DNA from: Vicugna vicugna | Taxonomy: Eukaryota | NCBI GenBank assembly: GCA_013265495.1 | Contig: MU058337.1 | Coordinates: forward strand, 1,666,777-1,728,776 | Length of the DNA stretch: 62,000 nt | Direction: 5' to 3' | In this document: positions 12,525 to 26,104 of the stretch, piece by piece | Position numbering within the stretch: the stretch's first letter is position 1 | Layout of the letters: each line of letters begins with the position of its first letter | The notes under the pieces: model-generated | The model's input: only the letters and a program-made list of their open reading frames with translations | The model's database searches: none | Told to the model about the DNA's origin: nothing | Position numbers and translations under genes: made by a program

Positions 12525-14209
12525 TTCAGCTATTTCTTCAATCCAGGAAAAATAATTTTAAAAATATCAATTTTATAATATCAGATCTCAGTGAGCTAAT
12601 TTAGTGAAAGGCCAGAAAATATGCAACAATTGAGTCAGAGGATTACGACTTTTCAAGTGTCTGAGTCCAAAAGATGAAGAGGTAACAATCCTGAGCTTCA
12701 TGGTGAGCGGGGAAAACGGTCCCAGAATGACTTCAGCATCTGGAAAGTGCAGCTGGGTTAAGTCCTCTCTTTAATCTTTTCTTTTAAAGATTCAGCTATT
12801 CCCTTTCATATTCATATTTCTTGGAATGTACGTGAAGGACAAGGTGGCAGTGAGTGTCTCCGGCGAGATGCTCTCAGGGAAAGCTTGGGTGGACGGGGTC
12901 AGGGCCAGCTCTTCACCCACTTAGTTACCGTCACTGAGCCAACTGGCCAGTGTCTCGGACCAGAGGGTGTGACCAAAATGGGCTTATGAACATCCTTCTG
13001 TGTAAGAAACCACGATTGTTTTCTAAAAAGTGTATTTTGAAGCATTTCGGGGAATGGCATTGTGTAATTGTTTCCCCAGAAGGCTGAGGTTGGGGCACCC
13101 TGGAATCCCGGGTACAGGGACGGCTTTTTGGTGTCTCTGACTTTGGTTTCAGGGAAGCAAATGCCCACACTTTGATCCAGTGTCAAGTGTATATTGTAAA
13201 TCTCTCTCTGGAGAAGCCCCGTTTTATGTACTTTTCAGGCAGCTTGTGGGTGGAAAGTGGAAGGGACATTTCATTTCTTCCCATGGCACCTCCAGCAAGC
13301 CCAGGCCACCAGGGCTCACACACACCTCACACAAAGGGAAGGCGGCACCGGTCCCATCTCCTTTGATATAGATTTTGCACCGTTTTTCCAGGTATTGCCT
13401 AGAGAGCTTATTTCCATAGGTATAAAGCAACGGTGTGCTTTCTCCTGCCTGTTAAACTGTCACCTAAGGTATTTTTAGAACTATATAATCTAAAGAAGAC
13501 AGAAGATGAGGCAGGAAATTTTACAGTGGCAACATTTGAACATCCCCTGCCACTTGCAGAATGTTAATTAAAAGATAACCCCATTCCACTTACTTTAATT
13601 GCCAAGCAACACTTGTTTTTTTTTTTTCTCTCCCTGACACAGAATTTACTTTAAACAAACTGCTTGGGTGTAGAAGCCGTTTTCTCTTTCGCCAGGTAGG
13701 TGTTTGATGAAGATTTCAGCTTCCAGTGGGGTGGCTGGTTTCGGAACGTGCCCCCCACTCTGTGCCGTGAGATGTGTGTCAGTATCTCTCTCCACTCCCA
13801 GAAGCCTCCCGGATGCGGAACATGTGGTTGTCAGAGAAACACAGGAACGTATCATTAGATCTGCCATAATTAGGCATTGCTGATCTATGCCAAAGGTTTG
13901 GGGCTTAATCAGAAAGTTCTTATCACAGGCGCTTCTGCCGGGGATGAACTGGAAACCCCACAAAGGCAATTCTCCCCAGGATAGCAGAGGGAAGAAGACA
14001 AAGGCAGACCAATTCTGCCTTAGGTTTATGCGCGGCTGTATTTTTTTTTTTAATCATGTGACTCCAGCAGGAGGAGGGGAATTAAAAGCCCAGCTCTCCG
14101 AGAAGCTGGGAGCCCCTCCCTGATTCTCTGGTCTCCTGGCGTCTGAGTCATTTCACGGCCAGGTGCTGACTAAGGCTGAGGGCTGTGGGAACCTGATTTA
14201 ATGTGTCTG

Positions 14210-14760
14210 GCACGGGCTTTTCCAGGTAGAGCCGGGCTCCCCGGGGAGCAGTGCGGTTCCCTTCCTAAGCCACATCCCCCCGCCCGGCCCGGAATCTCAG
14301 AGCATCTCTCGGGCGGGCGCGGAGATAAACCGGCCGTGTACCTTGGCAGCCGGCACCGGGGCTGCGGGAAAAACGAGCGTGCAGCGGCCGGGGCTGTTTT
14401 GACAAAGTGTTGTGTGTTTTTTCTGTCTGAGTATCTGGCAGCGCAGGTGAACAATGTGCTGCTGGTATCTTGGCTCGCCACTCGCTCTCAGGCTCTGCAG
14501 GGAGTGCCGGGCCAGCCCTGCAAATGTTCCCAGCAAAGCTGTGAAAACAAACGGGCCGATTAGTTGGACAGGCTCCCCGGCTTCGGAGTGTTAACTGCCC
14601 TGGCCGCCCTGGCTTCCCGGCCCCTTTCCATTCTTTCGTTCGGCCGGCCGCGCGCCCATAATTAACGCCGGCGACTGCGTCCTGCTCCCCTCCTCCGGGC
14701 TCCCGCCGGATCCGGCGGCATCGCTCAGCTTCGGCCCTGGAACGAATGCTGACGCTGAGA
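14210..14760. promoter_or_regulatory. CpG island
   Basis: Hand count of about 49 CpG in about 550 bp of GC-rich, repeat-free sequence. Contains AGATAA, AACAAT, TAATTA and TGCTGAC motifs. Confidence 0.8.
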
Positions 14761-15653
14761 TTTCTATCTCCAAACACAATATATAATCCACTGTCAGTTT
14801 TTTTTTTAAATAAGGGCAACTTTCATGATTATTATTTTTTTTAAAAGCAATCCATGTTCACTCTAGGGGTAATAGCGAAGGCAGATATCCAGCGGGAACG
14901 GTCTTTGAAGTACACGTATCTGGTGCCTGGCTGAGGGCTGTTACTCCACGTGCCGGGGAGGGTCGTGTATGTTCCACGTTGCACTATGCAAAGCAAACTT
15001 CTTCTGGCTTACCCCTTAGCTGATAAGGACTATCAATTTCTTTTTTTTTTTAAGTATTTTTTTTAACAGCATAGTTAAGTATATGTCAGTTTGGGAAAGA
15101 GCTCTTCAAATTGACTTGAAGCCTTCCTCTGGTTTGAAATGAGCCGACCTGGAGTAAAAAGAACGTGAGCATCCCTTTTGAGGTGAAATCGGAGAGAATA
15201 AAACGGAGTGCTTACATCCTTCTTTAATCAAAGGTTCCAGAGATCTTGTTTCTTTTAAAAAAGAAACATCAAGGAACGGGGTTGGAAAATTACTTTCATA
15301 TTTTTCTGGGCACTTCAGAGCTACAGCACGTTTTGAGGGTTGTCATTTGTTCTGAAATACCAGACTCTGGTACCGGCCTTTTGTCTGCGCCGGCCGTCTG
15401 GGGCGTCATGAGGGACTGGGCTTGCCCTTGCCTTGTTGTGAACAAGCGCAGGCTGTCAAATGACTGATGCTCTTGGAATCTCGGGGAGCATTCACTCGCC
15501 TCTCTTGCTGTGAGCCCTCCGTTCTCTTTTGTGGCGTGTAACAATATAGGTGATACTCCTAAAGAGTGGCCCTGCCTGACCAAGAGGGACTCAGTTGTAG
15601 CATCACAATTTTGCCTGAAATAATAATCATAAGATGATTGGATACAGAATTAA

Positions 15654-15702
15654 CAGGTCTGCCATATACACTCAGGTAGGTTGTGCACTGCACAACACCA
15701 AG
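15654..15702 (+). mobile_element. MER91-like hAT fragment
   Basis: caggtctgccatatacac...ggttgtgcactgcacaa matches the MER91 start as I recall it. Confidence 0.45.
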
Positions 15703-16665
15703 AGCTCAGTTCTTGTCTTAATCTAAGAGAACAGGTTTTACAACCGCAGTGTTTGTGTATGTGTGTGTGTGTAATTCATTATATGGACTAATTAACTTGA
15801 AACAACATTAAAACAGTAAAAGAAAGAGACACAAGTTCACTTGGCAAGTGTTTATTCAAACATTTCACAATGACGAGAGAGAAAACTACTCCTTTACAGA
15901 ACTTAGAAAAATAAGAACAACTCATTTGAAATTATTTAATTGACATTGACAGTATTTCATGTTGAAATCCTCCTTTGCGTTATTTAAAAATAGACAATCT
16001 GTATTTTAAAAGAGAGGCATCATCAGTTGTTAAAAATTTCAATTTGAAAACCAGCTTTTAAAAATAAATATTTCCTGTCATTTCCAGGAACTTGATTGGT
16101 CAAACTTTTCACACATGTCAGGTCTGATACTTTAATTTCTGATAAATAATAGAGAAAAGAAGAGAAACTATGTTTTTGTCAGAAGCTAAATGTGTGTTTG
16201 TTGCTTCACCTCAGACATTAAAAAATTAGTAGAGGCCAGAATCAATTAGTAGTGCCAGATTTCTCTTTCGGTTTTTATTTTACGTGTTTGTGTCCATTTT
16301 AATTAGAAAATAATATGATGAGACTATTAATTTTACCCAACAGGCTCCATTATTGGTGCAACATGGCATTGTGGGAAATGGGACTTTTTTTTCTAGAGAG
16401 GGTAAGAATTCTTATAGTCCAAAAGCTACGTATTGCCCTTATAACCCTTTTCTAACTATAGGTGGTTTTAAAAAGTCCAAAATAACTTTTTGCAGAATAC
16501 TTGAGATTAGGACTAAAATTTTCTCATGTTCTAGGAAACTACAAAATTGAAATTAAAATAAAATAGCCTTTTATTTTTTATTTTACATTACTTACTGGCC
16601 AATTTTATAGTTATAAGCATTTAAGATATAAAGTTAATATTCTCAATTTTTCATGTTTTTTTCAG

Positions 16666-16839
16666 AAGTTGTGCTAATGGCTACAGATGACATTGTAATA
16701 TCACTGACTTGACTGAAAGATATTTGATGTTAGACTTGCTAAGATGAAGATAAAAATTTTAAAAATACATGTCAGTTAAAAGAATCCACATTAGATAAAA
16801 TTTCAGTTAAATGCTACCATCCATCTTATTTCAGTGAAG
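16666..16839 (+). pseudogene. Fossil exon, possible first coding exon
   Basis: Acceptor tttttttcag, donor GAAG|gtaacc, ATG at 16677. One frameshift joins MATDDIVISLTLTERYLMLDLL to DEDKNFKNTCQLKESTLDKISVKCYHPSYFSE; ends in phase 1. Confidence 0.45.
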
Positions 16840-19800
16840 GTAACCTAATGTGTTATTTTTATTAAACTCTGTGTTATTTTTTTACCATTTTAATTTCTCC
16901 TGAACTCATCCCTTTACTATTTCTTCAGTCTAGACCAGAAGTTGTAGTAAAACAACGAAGTAAAATCCTCTTTATTTCATTCTTTTCACATCATGGGTTT
17001 CGCTTGTCTATTTAATCATCATATGAGTTGACACTAAGTTAATATGTAAGTGAAAAGCAGAGTAGATACACACATCATACATATTAGCAGGGTAACTAAA
17101 GTTAACAGAGTAACTTTAACACCTGGTGTCTAATTAAGTGTAGCTTTTTGTCATTGCTGTTAGGAACACTAATACTTATGCACCTGATACATGCATACAA
17201 CGCCTATTAAGTCTGTTCCAAGAGGTGATGTGGAATGGTATGCCATTTTTAAAACATCCGAACGTTGACTGCTTCAGCATAATTTCCTTTTATAAGGCAA
17301 AGAATGTATTTGAGGTTTACTTGCATATAACCTGTACATGAGGCTTAATCACCTTCCAACAAAAGGCACAGAACACTGACTTCTAAAATCTAGGAATGGA
17401 CTTTCCTAAGCCAATAATTGGATTATGCTTTCAAATGGATGCAGACTTATCTGAACGTTTTTGATACTCATCTTTTAATGACTCTTTTATTTTTATTGTT
17501 CCTTAAAGCAAGAGTCTAGTTAAAACAGAGAGGTAGAAGGTTTGTAATCTTTTCCTAATATTTTTAATCAAATGCAAGATATTTATACAGAAGAACCGGG
17601 AACTGGGGTTCCTGGACAACTTACTGTTTGTGTTGGCCTCCTTCTTGGTCACCATCACGGGTACTAGCACCTGGTTGGTTTTTATGCAACAGCAAAGCTT
17701 GCCTGGATTTAATGACTGATTGAAGCAGATATCATGCATACTTCTATAGAATGCTCATAATTACCTATTTTTCTTAGCAAAAGTCAAATGGCTTTTGAAT
17801 GTATTACATGCAATTTTTTGTGTATGAAGTATAATTTATTATTTTAAAATACATTTGTTGTATATTTCACTAGTTTTTACAAAGTAACTTCTCAAATTGG
17901 GGCTAGGACAAAGGCTCTGGTTATCAGTTAGGTTTATTTAATTAAGAGCCCTGTGTTCTGTTGCATTTTACCTGTTTCATAGCGATACCCGAGGGTCAGC
18001 TGAATGCAAATTTCATTGCCTTCATGTAGAGTAAATAAGGTTTAGAGTATCTTCAAAGTAATTGTGTTACCTGACAGTGATAACACATTAATGATGTTGG
18101 AAGGGTTCAGACCTCATCAGTAACTAAGCCTTTTGTGTTTTAAGTTGATTTTCCTCATGAATTAAATTAAAATAGCAATTGGGTGGTGAAAATTATTAGA
18201 CTGGTCTGCTAAAAGAATTCCATTTAAAGTGCTTTCTTCTTTTAGGTACCACTTTAGGTAAATTATGCAGAAATTTTTGTTTGGTTTGCTTTATTTGTTC
18301 ATTTTACTTTATACAAAAATAGAGTTTGTAAGTATAGTAACAAAAGATTTCTTAGATTTTTGGTGGTAGTCATGGCAGGTTTTAAAATATATTTGTTGCA
18401 AATATAGGCTATGAATGTCTCTCAAATCAAGGTGAATTGAGATGTGTTTACAACCAAGTTTATTTCTAATGTTTGATATTCTTTAGCTTTTTTTTCTCTT
18501 TTTTAAAGTTTAGTGTATATATTTCTTCCAGGGACGAATGTATACTCATAGTGTCATTTCTGAGTTATCTGGTATTATTTTAGAGGCTCAAAAAAAAAAA
18601 GAAAAGAAATTTCCAAGGGGAATATACTATAAACTTCTTTAAAAAGATCCTTCAGAAATTAGCTCTTCCCAAAAAGTGAAATTCCAGATTTCAGGAAACA
18701 GCAAGCAATAGCAGCTGCAAAAAACATTCCAGTTGAAATTTTGATCACCTTTCTATGAAAGCGAACTTAAAAGTAATGTTGAGGTCACGGCCGGATTCAT
18801 TGGGCTGTATTTGGAAAATTGCTTTTCCTGCTAACAGGGCACTGGTTCTTCATTCGGGTGGATTAATCTGCGCTCTTGGCTCTTCCTTTGTAATATTTAG
18901 AAAATTTCCCCCCTCTTAAAATTGGCCCAGTTTTAAAGAAGAAAATGCAATTTGAAGAAATTTAATTTCGTTTTTAATTGAATGTATTTGTTTAAATGTG
19001 TGCCTGTTTCTCACGCACCTCCCAGAAGCCTTCCAGCTTCATTTCCTGAAGTCCAGGCTGGGATGGTGGTGGGCTAGGACCACGGCACCTGTTACACTCC
19101 CAGGACATCCTAGGATACCCAGCCTTTTGAAAAATAAAATGTCTTATTTATAGTTACGAAAACCCTTGCTATTTCCTCGTCTCTGAATGCCGAATATTTT
19201 ATAGGATTTCTCTGTTTACAAATCAAAAGCAGCATTTTAACTTGAGAAATCCTATAAACTCACAGCTGACTCCGTATCTTCTGTGAGTCTGTTTTTCTTT
19301 ATCCAGTGTTAAATTTTTATGGTCTTGGGTGATAACTTTAAAGGCCTATCATGAAATCGGATTTTTGTCTTTCTGATTTGTTTCTCCTTAGAGGAAATGC
19401 ACTCTTCCCTCTTTAATGTGAAGGGGAAAAAAAGAAGAAAGAAAAGGAGCTTCTCTGGGTCCCGGAGGGCAGACGGGCCTGCTTCCTGGCCTGGGTCTGC
19501 GTCCTGGGCTCAGGTTTACGGGGTCTGTAAAATCTAAAATGACAGCTGATGTTTTGATTTGGAGACTGACACTAACGCTGGTCAGGGACAGCCACTCGTT
19601 TGCCTCTTCTGGGTCTGTAATGGCCGGTGTTTAGCTGCCTGGGACTCCTGGGTGGCCACCCGGCGGGGAGTTCTGGGGGGAGTGGAGGATGTGCTTGCTG
19701 TGACCCCAGAAGCGTGCCTTGTCTTCGTTTCGGGTCAGGAGAGCAGTATCTGGCTTACACAGCCGGGACCTGTGGCTGCGGGTTTCCTTGCCGGCTTAGT

Positions 19801-20324
19801 CTTTATTTCTTGTACCTGGATATCAGTTGCTTTCAAGTTAGGGGAAAAAAGCTGCAATCTCCTTTGATAAGGGGCTTTTGGACCTCAAGCTTTAGTATAT
19901 ATGAGCTCCACAGGCGTCTGTTCGTGGGAGTTGCCTTGGGGAATAGATAATGGGGAAAATTTACATCGAAAGCAAAAGGCTGTGTTTAAAGTCAATAGGA
20001 TAAGTGGAGTTGAAGCAGGAAACTCAGCATCTAAATCAGTTTAGTCCTCCTGCTAGTTTATGTGCCAGCAGGGCTGGTGAGCCACGGCCTCCCTGTGTGT
20101 GCAGAACAGAGCCTGTCTGCATGTTTCATCTCTTAGAGATCAAGGCGGAATCCAACACCAGCTTACGGTGGGAGCAGATTTATATTCCCAATTGCTCCAT
20201 ATTCCTTCGTGCTCCTCGTAATTCTCCAGACTCCAAAGCCCGTGTTAAGTCTGGTCGAGCACCCTAAAAATATTAAGCCACCTTTATCTGACATCTACTG
20301 TGTGCTTAAGCCACTGAGAATACC

Positions 20325-20490
20325 CAGCCACTGGATAGCTGTGTGATCTTGGATAAGATACTTAACTTCTCTGTGCCCTTCTTCTCTACAAGGAGGAGAT
20401 AATGGTGATACATACCTCATAGGGCTGTTGGGAGGTTTACATATGTCAGTGTATGCAAAGCACTTGGAACAATGCCTGGAATGTTGTAGT
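20325..20490 (+). mobile_element. MIR
   Basis: agctgtgtgatcttggataagatacttaacttctctgtgcc...tacctcatagggctgttgggagg...aaagcacttggaacaatgcctgg. Confidence 0.85.
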
Positions 20491-20974
20491 TAATCCAGGC
20501 ACATCCTTACCTGCCCTGTGAGGTTAGAAGCAGTCTTTCTTATCCTCTGCCTTAGCCTGGGTTCCTTTAAGAGCAAAACCTGTGACCAATAAGTAATCCT
20601 TGGAAACAAGGAGGGAGGGAAAACCAATGTAAGGATGCATTTGGGAGTCGTCCACCAACAGGTTGGATGTGATTCCAAGGGGCTTTTTGAAAAGGCTTAA
20701 GAAATGCATCCAAGAACTGTCTACTTGGATGTTTATCCATCCTCCCATCAGTCAAGTCTGGTGAATGGATGGGGACCTCCCACCCTGGTTTGTTCCTGCT
20801 TGAGTGTGTTCTCCAAGGTACCAAACACAGCGATGTCAAGGACACCCTGTCACAGGCCTGATGTGAGATGCTGCCCTTCCGTTTCCTCAAGGCTGGTGGG
20901 AGCTCAGCCCAGCTCTTCTCTTCAGGAGTAAGAGGTGGGGTGGAGAACATTTGGAGTCATGTACAAGTGTCTGA

Positions 20975-21100
20975 TACATCCCCATTTTACAGATGAGGAA
21001 AATGTGTCCATTGCAGAGAGTAACCAAGGCCACTTAGCTGTTAACCCACAAAACCAGGTTTTGTGTTTCCGAAGTTTGGCCTTTTCCGTTCCACCATATC
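20975..21100 (-). mobile_element. MIR fragment
   Basis: atccccattttacagatgaggaaa core. Confidence 0.7.
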
Positions 21101-21591
21101 ATCTCTAACTGTGGGCAGATTTCCTCCACTATGCTTAAGGATGTATTTATTTCTGCTTAAAAGCGTGATTTTTAAGCACTCTTTTAGATGACTGGATAAA
21201 AATGCAGTAAAATGACTGAAAAAATATTTGAGATTAGAAAAGGAAACATTTTTATCCTGGGGAGTAATTCAGATGCAAAAGCTGTCACCCAATGCAAACA
21301 GCTCCAAATTTTAGGAAACGCATTTTAATTTCTGTTGAAGTTTCATTTTCTAAACTGATATTCAGCGTTAATAGAGATGAAAGAAAATTTAATGAAAAAT
21401 GGGAATGTTGCCAGTGGTAAATTTTTAGCCTGAATTCTTAAGTACTAAAAAAGTTTTCTTTCTTGTTCTCTTCCTCCATTCTTTGCTCTAAATATGGTGT
21501 GTGTGTGTGTTTTCCTGTGTACTAGGGGGTGTGCTTATTTCCCAAGGAAACAATACAGTTAGGATATTGTTTTCAAAAGGCATGGACCAGT

Positions 21592-21705
21592 GGGGAGGGT
21601 AGAGGGTGGAGAGCATGCTTAGATGCATGAGGTCCTGGGTCCATTCCCAAGTACCTCCTCCAAGAATAAATAAATAAGCCTAATCACCTCCCCTCGCACA
21701 CACAC
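21592..21705 (+). mobile_element. Camelid tRNA-derived SINE (Vic-1-like)
   Basis: ggggagggt...gcatgcttagatgcatgaggtcctgggt...aataaataaataagcctaatcacctcccc. Imperfect TSD aaaggcatggacca / aaaggcatgagcca. Confidence 0.85.
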
Positions 21706-22119
21706 AAAGGCATGAGCCAAACCTGCGACTTTATTCTTGAGTCACAGAAATATCATTTATGACTTTATTGTAATTAAACATACAGTGTATCTATGATTAT
21801 GCATGCAATTAGAGCAATGTTTAAGAAAATATGATTGGCATTTGATGAAATATATTATTTCCCCCTCAAATTTACAGATGAGAAATTTCTGGATTATAGA
21901 TAGTGGAGTCTTCTGACTTTAAAAAGTAAATAAAAATACAAGTCTTGAGCAAATCTATTAATTTATTTGTTCTAAAAGTCTGTGTGGCAAGCTGGCCACC
22001 TGTCCTGTTTGTTTGTTTCAGCACTGAAACACTGGTAGCTCTTCATGCCGTATGTAAATCTCTGTGCTCTCACATTTCTGCATAAAAATGTGTTTTTAGA
22101 TGGTGTGTGCATTTGCTGA

Positions 22120-23615
22120 TTTTGGTGTGGAATTAAGAATTGCTCTCTATCACTGGTTTGGGGAAGTTTGATTTTAATGAACTTTTGTGTAGTTTTCTCA
22201 GGTTTCTTTTGTTGGCGTTTGTTGAACTTCTTGGTATTGGAGCTGGACATGGATATGTGAGTTTATGTAGTTTTCATAAAAAGTGAAATGATTTTTTAAA
22301 AAATCTCTAATAATTTTTTCTTTTTGCTTTGTCTGATGTTAATGTAGCCATATCAGCTTTCTTTTGATAGAGTTAGCATGGCATATATTTTTCACCCATT
22401 TCCTTTTAACCTAGTTGTGTGTTGTATTTAAGCTGGGCTTACGGAAGGTAGCATAGAATTGGAACTTGCTTTTTTATCTACTTTGACAATTACTGCATTT
22501 AACTGGTGTGTTTGAACCATTTACATTTAATGTAGTTACTGTGATTGTGTTTAAATCTGTCATCTTGCTTTTGCTTTGCATTTATCTCATTTACTCTTTA
22601 TTTTTCTTTTCTCTCATTTCCTGCCTTCTTTCAGGTCAATTTTGTGTTTTTGGTGATTTCATTTTATCTCATTTTTGACTTATTAGCAATAACTCTTTGT
22701 TGTGATTTCTTTTGGTGGTTGATTTATGGTTTATAGTATAACTTGAACTTATGACAGTCTTCATGAATAGTGTAGGGACCTTATAACCAAAGATTTTCAT
22801 TTATTGCATCTTGATTTGGGGCTATTATTAAAACCTGTTTGATTTTCACATTCATTGTAAGTCCCTCAATACATTATTATTTTTTGCTGTAAACAGTCTG
22901 TTTGCTTTGAAAAGATTCACATAGCTTTTTTCTCACATTTCTTTAGAGATGTTGCTGCGCTGTCTTCGGCTGGCATCGTTTCTGAGGGGTAGTCTGCTAT
23001 CATTCTTGTCTTTGTTTCTCTGTACGTGGTAGTAGTGTATTTCTTTTCTCTGCCTGCTTTTAAGAATGTCTCTTTTTCACTGGTTTTGGGCAGTGTGATT
23101 TTGACATGTCTCCACGTAATTTTCTTCATGTTTCAGTTGCTCGGGGCTTGTTGAACTTCTTGGATGTGTGAATATATAGTTTTCATCAAATTTGAAAAGT
23201 TTTTGGCTATTACTTCCTCGATTTCTTTTCACTCTCCTCCTTCTCCTCTCTCTTTGGGGAGAGGGGCTCCAATTACACTTGTGTTAGGACTCTTGGAGTT
23301 GTCCCATAGCTCAGTGATGCTCTACCTGAAAACTGTAGCACCCTTGGCTTCTCCAGACTTACCCAGCTCTGTCTCCTCCACTCACAGAGATCACCAGACT
23401 CAGCTGGATTTTCCCTCCCAGTGACTCCGCCGGGAAACTTTCTCCAGGAAGTAAGCTGGGGACATCACAGAACTCACTGCATTTATGTTCTCTGGCATCA
23501 TCGCCTTTGTTGTCTAAGGTCCAGGGTCTTGAAAATCATCATTTCACATGTATGTTTCTGGTTTGCCGGCTGTTTCAGGTGAGAGGATAAATGTCATCTC
23601 CATCACCTCTGGTTT
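22120..23615 (-). mobile_element. Old L1 ORF1-region fragments (L1MC/L1M4-like)
   Basis: The minus-strand peptide at 22917-23129, RHVKITLPKTSEKETFLKAGREKK..TYRETKTRMIADYPSETM, resembles the L1 ORF1p C-terminal region. Confidence 0.8.
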
Positions 23616-23684
23616 GAATTTTTATTTTTCCCATGCCTATTATATACCTACACCTAAATTATAATCTTGAAACTAGTAAATAAT

Positions 23685-24580
23685 TGGTATTATTTATTGT
23701 TTGGAATACTTACTATGTGTGGAATAATGGGAGATATGGCTATACAATAAAGTAGAATTAAGATCAAATTCTAGCCTTAAGTTCCCAGTTACAGATTTTT
23801 AAGCATTTCAGTATTCAGTGAGGAAACATCAAGAGTTTTTGAGCAGAAAGTGACTGAAGTTTTGCTGATAAAAATTAAACTAGTGCTGAGGAGCGACACG
23901 ACACACTCATTGAGACTATGGCTCTGGGCTTAGCCTGCCTGGGTCTGAGCCTTCGATCTACTATATAGTAGCAATGCAATCTGGATTAAAAAATTTAACT
24001 TTTAGGTATCTCAGTTCCCTCATGCTTAAAATAGGGTGTTGTGGGTATTAAATGAGTCCGTGTTTGGAGAATATGTAGATAAGTGCCTGGCACACAGCTA
24101 ATGAATACAGCTGTGGACATGGAGTTTTCAAGAAGACGTCCAGGTAAGATGCTTAGGGGGGCAGGAGAAGCAGTTCTGTATCTCAGGAGAGAGAGCATTG
24201 GGTGAGAAGTACTTATCTATGAGATGAGTGCATGGACATGATGGCTAGAAAGTTGGGGGGAGAGAGAAGAGGGCTCAAAAATGACTTGGAATGAGGCAAA
24301 GAGTTCTGGAGACACAGAAAAGCACACATTAATTAAAGAAGAGACTCAGGACCGCACAGCAGTACCTGATTCCTGGGAAAAGAGAGTTTCAAGAAGAATT
24401 TCCTCTATAGACCCAGGAATGAGAAAAAGCCTGGTGTGTGGCCACTGAACAGTCATTGGTGACCTTCGAGAACATCATTTCAGCCAAGTAGTGAGTATCA
24501 AGGCTGACTGCAGCGGGCACGTTGGGGCGATGAAATCATGGAGAGTTTGCATAGCCTGTGTCTTAAAAGAAGATCTTGTG
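23685..24580 (-). mobile_element. L2 fragments with an embedded + strand MIR (about 23905-24110)
   Basis: tatttattg..tacttactatgtg is the L2 end; gtcattggtgaccttcgagaacatcatttcag is L2 body; the MIR shows tctcagttccctcatgcttaaaataggg...gtgcctggcacacag. Confidence 0.6.
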
Positions 24581-24844
24581 CTGATTAGATAACATCAAGA
24601 AAGTAGATTGAAGGCTGAGTGGTGAAGGCAAGAATTCTCTCTTCACCCCGCCCTGGCATCACAATTTTACAAGGACACATTGGAGACAGAATGTCTAACA
24701 AAAGAATTTCAGACACCAGAGCAGGCTGGTGAGGGAGCCTCTTTCTGAGGTGGTGGTTTTTCAGCATTCTTTGTGTTACTGACACACAGCGCCTCTCGGT
24801 GCGGGGCCGCCTGTGTTTGTATTTGCAACACTTTGTTGCTTATT

Positions 24845-24945
24845 TACTGACGCATCAGATTCACCTGGTGAGCTTGTTAAAATGAAGATTTCAGGGCCCT
24901 CCTTTAGAGTTTCTGCGTCAGTAGGTCTAGGGTGGGGTCCATGAA
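24845..24945 (+). mobile_element. MER5A-like hAT fragment
   Basis: gcatcagattcacctggtgagcttgttaaaa...agagtttctgcgtcagtaggtctagggtgggg. Confidence 0.75.
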
Positions 24946-25223
24946 CCATGGCACATAAAAATGTTTATTTACTTTTTGAGCAGGCAACACATCCACAGGG
25001 TTCCAAAGGTACAGAAGGAGAGAGAGTGAAGAAGCACTTTCCCACACGTGCTCCCCAGCCGCTCAGCCCTTATTCCAGAGCGTTTGATTTTATCAGGTTC
25101 CTTTCAAAAACGTATTTGCCTTTTGTTGTTCTAGTCTTTAATAAATAGGGAGGCTTGACCTTGAATATACCACAGGGCAGGGGCTGTCACCTGAAGGAGA
25201 CACTGAACAATACACATGAGAGG

Positions 25224-25381
25224 TGGGGGAAGGTATAGCTTAGTGGGCAGAGCTCATGCTCAACATGCATGAGGTCCTGGGTTCAATCCCCAGTACCTCC
25301 TCTAAGAATAAATAAGCTACCTTCCCCCAAAATAAGTAAATAAAAATAAATTGTACAAAAATTTAAAAAAAAAATTTTTTA
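25224..25381 (+). mobile_element. Camelid SINE (Vic-1-like), full length
   Basis: A box tagcttagtgg, B box ggttcaatcc, A-rich tail. Perfect 15-bp TSD aatacacatgagagg (25209-25223 and 25382-25396). Confidence 0.92.
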
Positions 25382-26104
25382 AATACACATGAGAGGAGAA
25401 AGTCAATGGAGGACTGAGTTTACAGATACGATTTATGGTTGGTGTGAACGTTAAAATAATTTTAGAAAAATCTGAGAGGACAGCTAGCAGTGACATTTTC
25501 TGATTATAAGGAAACATAAAGCCACGTTGGGGCTGTGTCTATCTCGTGTTAAAATACAGGAGGCAAACCTACGTTATTAAAAATATCTATAGCTCTAAAA
25601 TTTAATTATATAATTACCATGATATAAGTTGATGGAAAGCTTTAAAAAAAATAAGCAAGAGCGCAATTAGTGTATACATTTAGGAGGTAAGAGAACCACA
25701 AACCTGATTAGAGCCAAAAATACCTTTCAGTTTGCCAATTTAAAAAAGTCAGGGAGTTCTAATGTGAATAATACGTAAATACGAAAACAGACGTCTGGAC
25801 CTGGCTCACCGCATTTCACCCAGAACTCAGGAAAGGACTCAGCGTCCACAAAACAGTAGTTGATAAGGACAATAATGAAAATATGTTAGATTTTAATCCT
25901 GTAGTAATCGTTAACAGTTTGAATAATTGAATCTTCAGTTATGATCAGTGATGGTTTCCAGTATAACCATCATCTCTGTTACGGAAGGCGGGGGTTTGTC
26001 ATTACATAGGCCATGGTGGGGGGTGGGGCAGCGGGAAATGTCAGAGAAATGTGAAGGAGAAAATTATTTGTTAGGTGAAAGCGTGATCTCTCTTACACAT
26101 TTTA

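Noticed and set aside
14170..14819. Overlapping ORFs up to 184 aa on both strands
   Set aside because: Stop-poor GC-rich CpG-island sequence giving low-complexity peptides with no recognisable domain or exon structure.
17537..17718. Stop-free + frame with a hydrophobic stretch (LLFVLASFLVTITG)
   Set aside because: No early start codon, a weak acceptor, and it does not fit the exon chain; more likely non-coding.
25224..25300. tRNA-like A and B boxes
   Set aside because: Head of a tRNA-derived SINE with an A-tail and TSD, not a tRNA gene. The same applies to the other copies.
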